Source: an uncultured Acidobacteriota bacterium
GTDB taxonomy: Bacteria > Acidobacteriota > Vicinamibacteria > Vicinamibacterales > CAVVIG01
NCBI GenBank assembly: GCA_963807925.1
Contig: CAWEDP010000002.1
Location: 1,404,950 to 1,468,949 of the forward strand
Direction: 5' to 3'
DNA length: 64,000 nt
The position numbers and the translations under genes are program-made. Positions 58,744 to 64,000 of the stretch are shown here, one piece after another; the stretch's first letter is position 1, and each line of letters opens with the position of its first letter. Under the pieces are notes generated by a model, which did not search any database, was not told the origin of the DNA, and saw only the letters and a program-made list of their open reading frames with translations.

Positions 58744-60513
58744 TCAGATGCGATCGAAGTTCTTCTCGATCTCGCGGCGTGTCAGGCGGAGCATGACGGG
58801 CCGTCCGTGCGGGCAGACCGTCGAATACGCGGTGGCGCGCAGCTCGTCGAGAATGTGCGTCATCTTCTCGTAGGTCAGCCGGTCGTTGGCTTTGACCGCC
58901 GCGTGGCACGCCGTCGTGGCCGCGATGCGCTGGAGCGCCTGCTGCACGTCGGCGCCGCGGTCGAGGCCGTCGAGATCCTCGGCGAGCGCGGCGATCGTCC
59001 TCGAGCACTCTTCCGGGCCCAGCAGAGCCGGTGTCGACGACACTTTGACGACGGAGGTGCCGAACGCCTCGATCTCGAAGCCCAGACGCCCCAGCTCCCC
59101 GATGCGCCCCACCAGGGCCTGATGCGCCGCGGGCGCGAGCTCGACGACGAGCGGCACCAGCAGCATTTGCGACTCCATCCTGCCGGCGGTCAATCGCTGC
59201 ATGACCCGTTCGAACAGCACGCGCTCGTGCGCCACGTGCTGGTCGATGATCGCCACTCCCTCATCGTCGACCGCGATGATGAACGTGTCGCGAAACTGTC
59301 CGAGCGGGATGAGCGGCCTGACCCTGGCGTCGGGCGCCGTGGTTCCCGCGGTGCCGGCCGGCGCGGAGCCCCAAGCCGGCGCGACCGCCTCCCCCGGAGG
59401 CGCACCGGCGCCGGCGGCAGCGCCCGGGATCCACCGGTTCGGGTACACGCCGCTTCCGACCAGACCGGGAATCGCCGCCGCCGTCGGGTAGCTGACGGCG
59501 ATCTCGGGCCGCAGCTGGAGCGGCGGCGGCCCTCCCTGTCCGATCGCGTCGAGCAGCGCCCGCCGGACCACCTCATGGACGAAGGACGGCTCGCGGAAAC
59601 GGACCTCCGCCTTGGTCGGATGGACGTTCACATCGACGGCCTGGGGCGGCATCTCGATGAAGAGATGGACCTCGGGGCTGCGCTCCTTGATCGATGCCAC
59701 GCTGTACGCGTCGATGACCGCGTGCGCGATGGTGCGGTCCTTGACGATCCGGCGATTGACGAAGACGTGTTGCGGCCCGCGGGTCGGCCCCTGCTCGGCC
59801 AGCGACGCCGCGTAACCGAAGACGCGGATCCCGCCGGCCTCCTTCCGCACCTCGAGCAGATCGGCGCGGTCGCCGTACAGCTGATACAGCCGGTCGCGCA
59901 ACGACGGCGCCGGCGGGCACTCGAGCACGCGGCGGCCGGCGCTGGTCAACGTGAACCCGACATCGGGATACGCGAGTGACAGCTGGGTGACGATGCGGGA
60001 GACCTGGGCCGACTCGGCGCCGTCGGCCTTCAGGAACTTGCGACGCGCCGGCAGGTTGTAGAAGAGATCGTCCACCTGCACCATCGTGCCCTCCGGCGAT
60101 CCGACCTCGGTGACCGACGCCACCGTTCCGCCGTTGACCCGAATCTCGGTGCCGGTCTGCTCTCCGCGCCCGCGGGTCCGCAGGACGAAGTGCGAGACCG
60201 ACGCAATCGAGGGCAGCGCCTCGCCCCGGAATCCGAACGTCGTGATGGCTGCGAGATCGTCCGCCCGCCGGATCTTGCTCGTCGCGTGCCGCTCGATGGC
60301 GAGCCGCGCGTCGTCGGCGTCCATCCCCTCGCCGTCGTCCTCGACACGAACCTGTCTCTTGCCGCCGAGCTCGATGTGAATGGACAGGCGCCGGGCGCCC
60401 GCGTCGATGGCGTTCTCGACGAGCTCCTTGACGACCGACGCGGGCCGCTCCACGACCTCGCCGGCGGCAATCTGGTTAGCCAGTTCGGAGGAGAGACGGG
60501 TGATGCGACTCAC
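58744..60513 (-). CDS. mutL: DNA mismatch repair protein MutL
   Basis: NQIAAGEVVERP, HATSKI, GFRGEAL, DVNVHPTK, DQHVAHER, ACHAA, CPHGRP. Confidence 0.97.
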   Translation of the reverse strand: MSRITRLSSELANQIAAGEVVERPASVVKELVENAIDAGARRLSIHIELGGKRQVRVEDDGEGMDADDARLAIERHATSKIRRADDLAAITTFGFRGEALPSIASVSHFVLRTRGRGEQTGTEIRVNGGTVASVTEVGSPEGTMVQVDDLFYNLPARRKFLKADGAESAQVSRIVTQLSLAYPDVGFTLTSAGRRVLECPPAPSLRDRLYQLYGDRADLLEVRKEAGGIRVFGYAASLAEQGPTRGPQHVFVNRRIVKDRTIAHAVIDAYSVASIKERSPEVHLFIEMPPQAVDVNVHPTKAEVRFREPSFVHEVVRRALLDAIGQGGPPPLQLRPEIAVSYPTAAAIPGLVGSGVYPNRWIPGAAAGAGAPPGEAVAPAWGSAPAGTAGTTAPDARVRPLIPLGQFRDTFIIAVDDEGVAIIDQHVAHERVLFERVMQRLTAGRMESQMLLVPLVVELAPAAHQALVGRIGELGRLGFEIEAFGTSVVKVSSTPALLGPEECSRTIAALAEDLDGLDRGADVQQALQRIAATTACHAAVKANDRLTYEKMTHILDELRATAYSTVCPHGRPVMLRLTRREIEKNFDRI

Positions 60514-60522
60514 GTCAGGCGC

Positions 60523-63279
<2,757 letters not shown>

Positions 63280-63386
63280 TCAACGCTCCGTCGTACGAGT
63301 GGATGGATGACTCTCTTCGCCCGCAACGCCGGCGGCCAGCACGATGGCGGTCGAAGATGGTCGTGGGTCCGCCTGACGACCGTGTT

Positions 63387-64000
63387 TCAGCCCGACCGGG
63401 TCTCTTCGGGCACGATCTCGGAGATGTCGGCCAGCCTGAGAATGCAGGACTCCAGCCGCCGAAGGAGGCGCAGCCGCGCCTCCCGGATCTGGGGATCCGG
63501 CGCCATGACGAGAACGTCCGCGAAGAAGCGGTCGACGGCCGGCTTGAACCTCGCCGCCTCGGCAAACGCCTCGCGATAGCCGTCTCCCGACTCGACCGCC
63601 CGATCGATGACCGGACGCCGCCGCTCGAGCTCCTCGGCGAGGGCGACCTCTGCCGGCTCCTCGAGGACGAGCGGCTGCCCGCCCGCCTCGGTCGCCAGGA
63701 AGCGGTCGAGCGACAGCTCGCGCGCGATGTTGCGCACCCGTTTGAAGGCGATCGCCAGCTGCTGGAACTGCGGCGTTTCGGTGAACTCGGGCAGGACGCT
63801 CAGCTTTCGCAGCGCGTCCGCCGGTTGAATGGCGTCGAGCCGGCGCCCTCGCGTGACCGCCCGCACGTTGCGGGCGTCGAACCCGCGGCTCTCCAGCACG
63901 TATTCCAGGCGCTCCACCATGAAGGCGTGGAACGCCGCCGCGCGGTCGGCCTCCCATTCCCCGAACGGTCTGCCGTGCCCGTCGGCCGCCGCATCGAGCA
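63387..64000 (-). CDS. glyS: Glycyl-tRNA synthetase beta subunit, C-terminal part (runs off the window)
   Basis: AFKRVRNI, VDRFFADVLVM, IREARLRLL, LADIS (DALR domain); upstream of ppdK; frame open to the window edge. Confidence 0.9.
   Translation of the reverse strand, partial: LDAAADGHGRPFGEWEADRAAAFHAFMVERLEYVLESRGFDARNVRAVTRGRRLDAIQPADALRKLSVLPEFTETPQFQQLAIAFKRVRNIARELSLDRFLATEAGGQPLVLEEPAEVALAEELERRRPVIDRAVESGDGYREAFAEAARFKPAVDRFFADVLVMAPDPQIREARLRLLRRLESCILRLADISEIVPEETRSG

Overview
High-GC (roughly 70% by eye) bacterial chromosomal segment, most likely Acidobacteriota class Vicinamibacteria. This placement is an inference from VWA, carboxypeptidase-regulatory-like, BlaI/BlaR1-TonB, DUF2911 and 'WGDPDLxG' secreted protein families. 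The left ~29.6 kb is a low-oxygen/stress cluster: a FixL-type heme-PAS histidine kinase, Hsp20, an Rv2004c-like APH-AAA protein, four universal stress protein genes, a ClpA-like ATPase with non-aromatic pore loops, cusCBA-like efflux, four c-type cytochromes, PFOR plus a DHOD-like flavoprotein, a BON protein, a cold-shock protein and many small unknown proteins. The main finding is regulatory. About eleven transcription units in this cluster have a sigma-54 (-24 GG-N10-GC -12) promoter, and many also have a shared palindrome GCCGG-N4-CCGGC upstream at helically phased distances (51-52 nt in five cases, 42 or 31 nt in others). This suggests a sigma-54-driven hypoxia/dormancy regulon analogous to DosR. 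The middle (29.6-45 kb) holds secreted-protein paralogs, a dienelactone hydrolase, MgtC, a tandem Tmk-like pair, a PLD and BlaI/BlaR1. The right part is housekeeping (mlaEFD, uvrB, DHH, greA, TrmH, rarA, mutL, ppdK, partial glyS). At least six genes carry single-base frameshifts, probably assembly indels. No rRNA, tRNA, CRISPR array or mobile element was seen. All calls were made by eye; no database searches were run.
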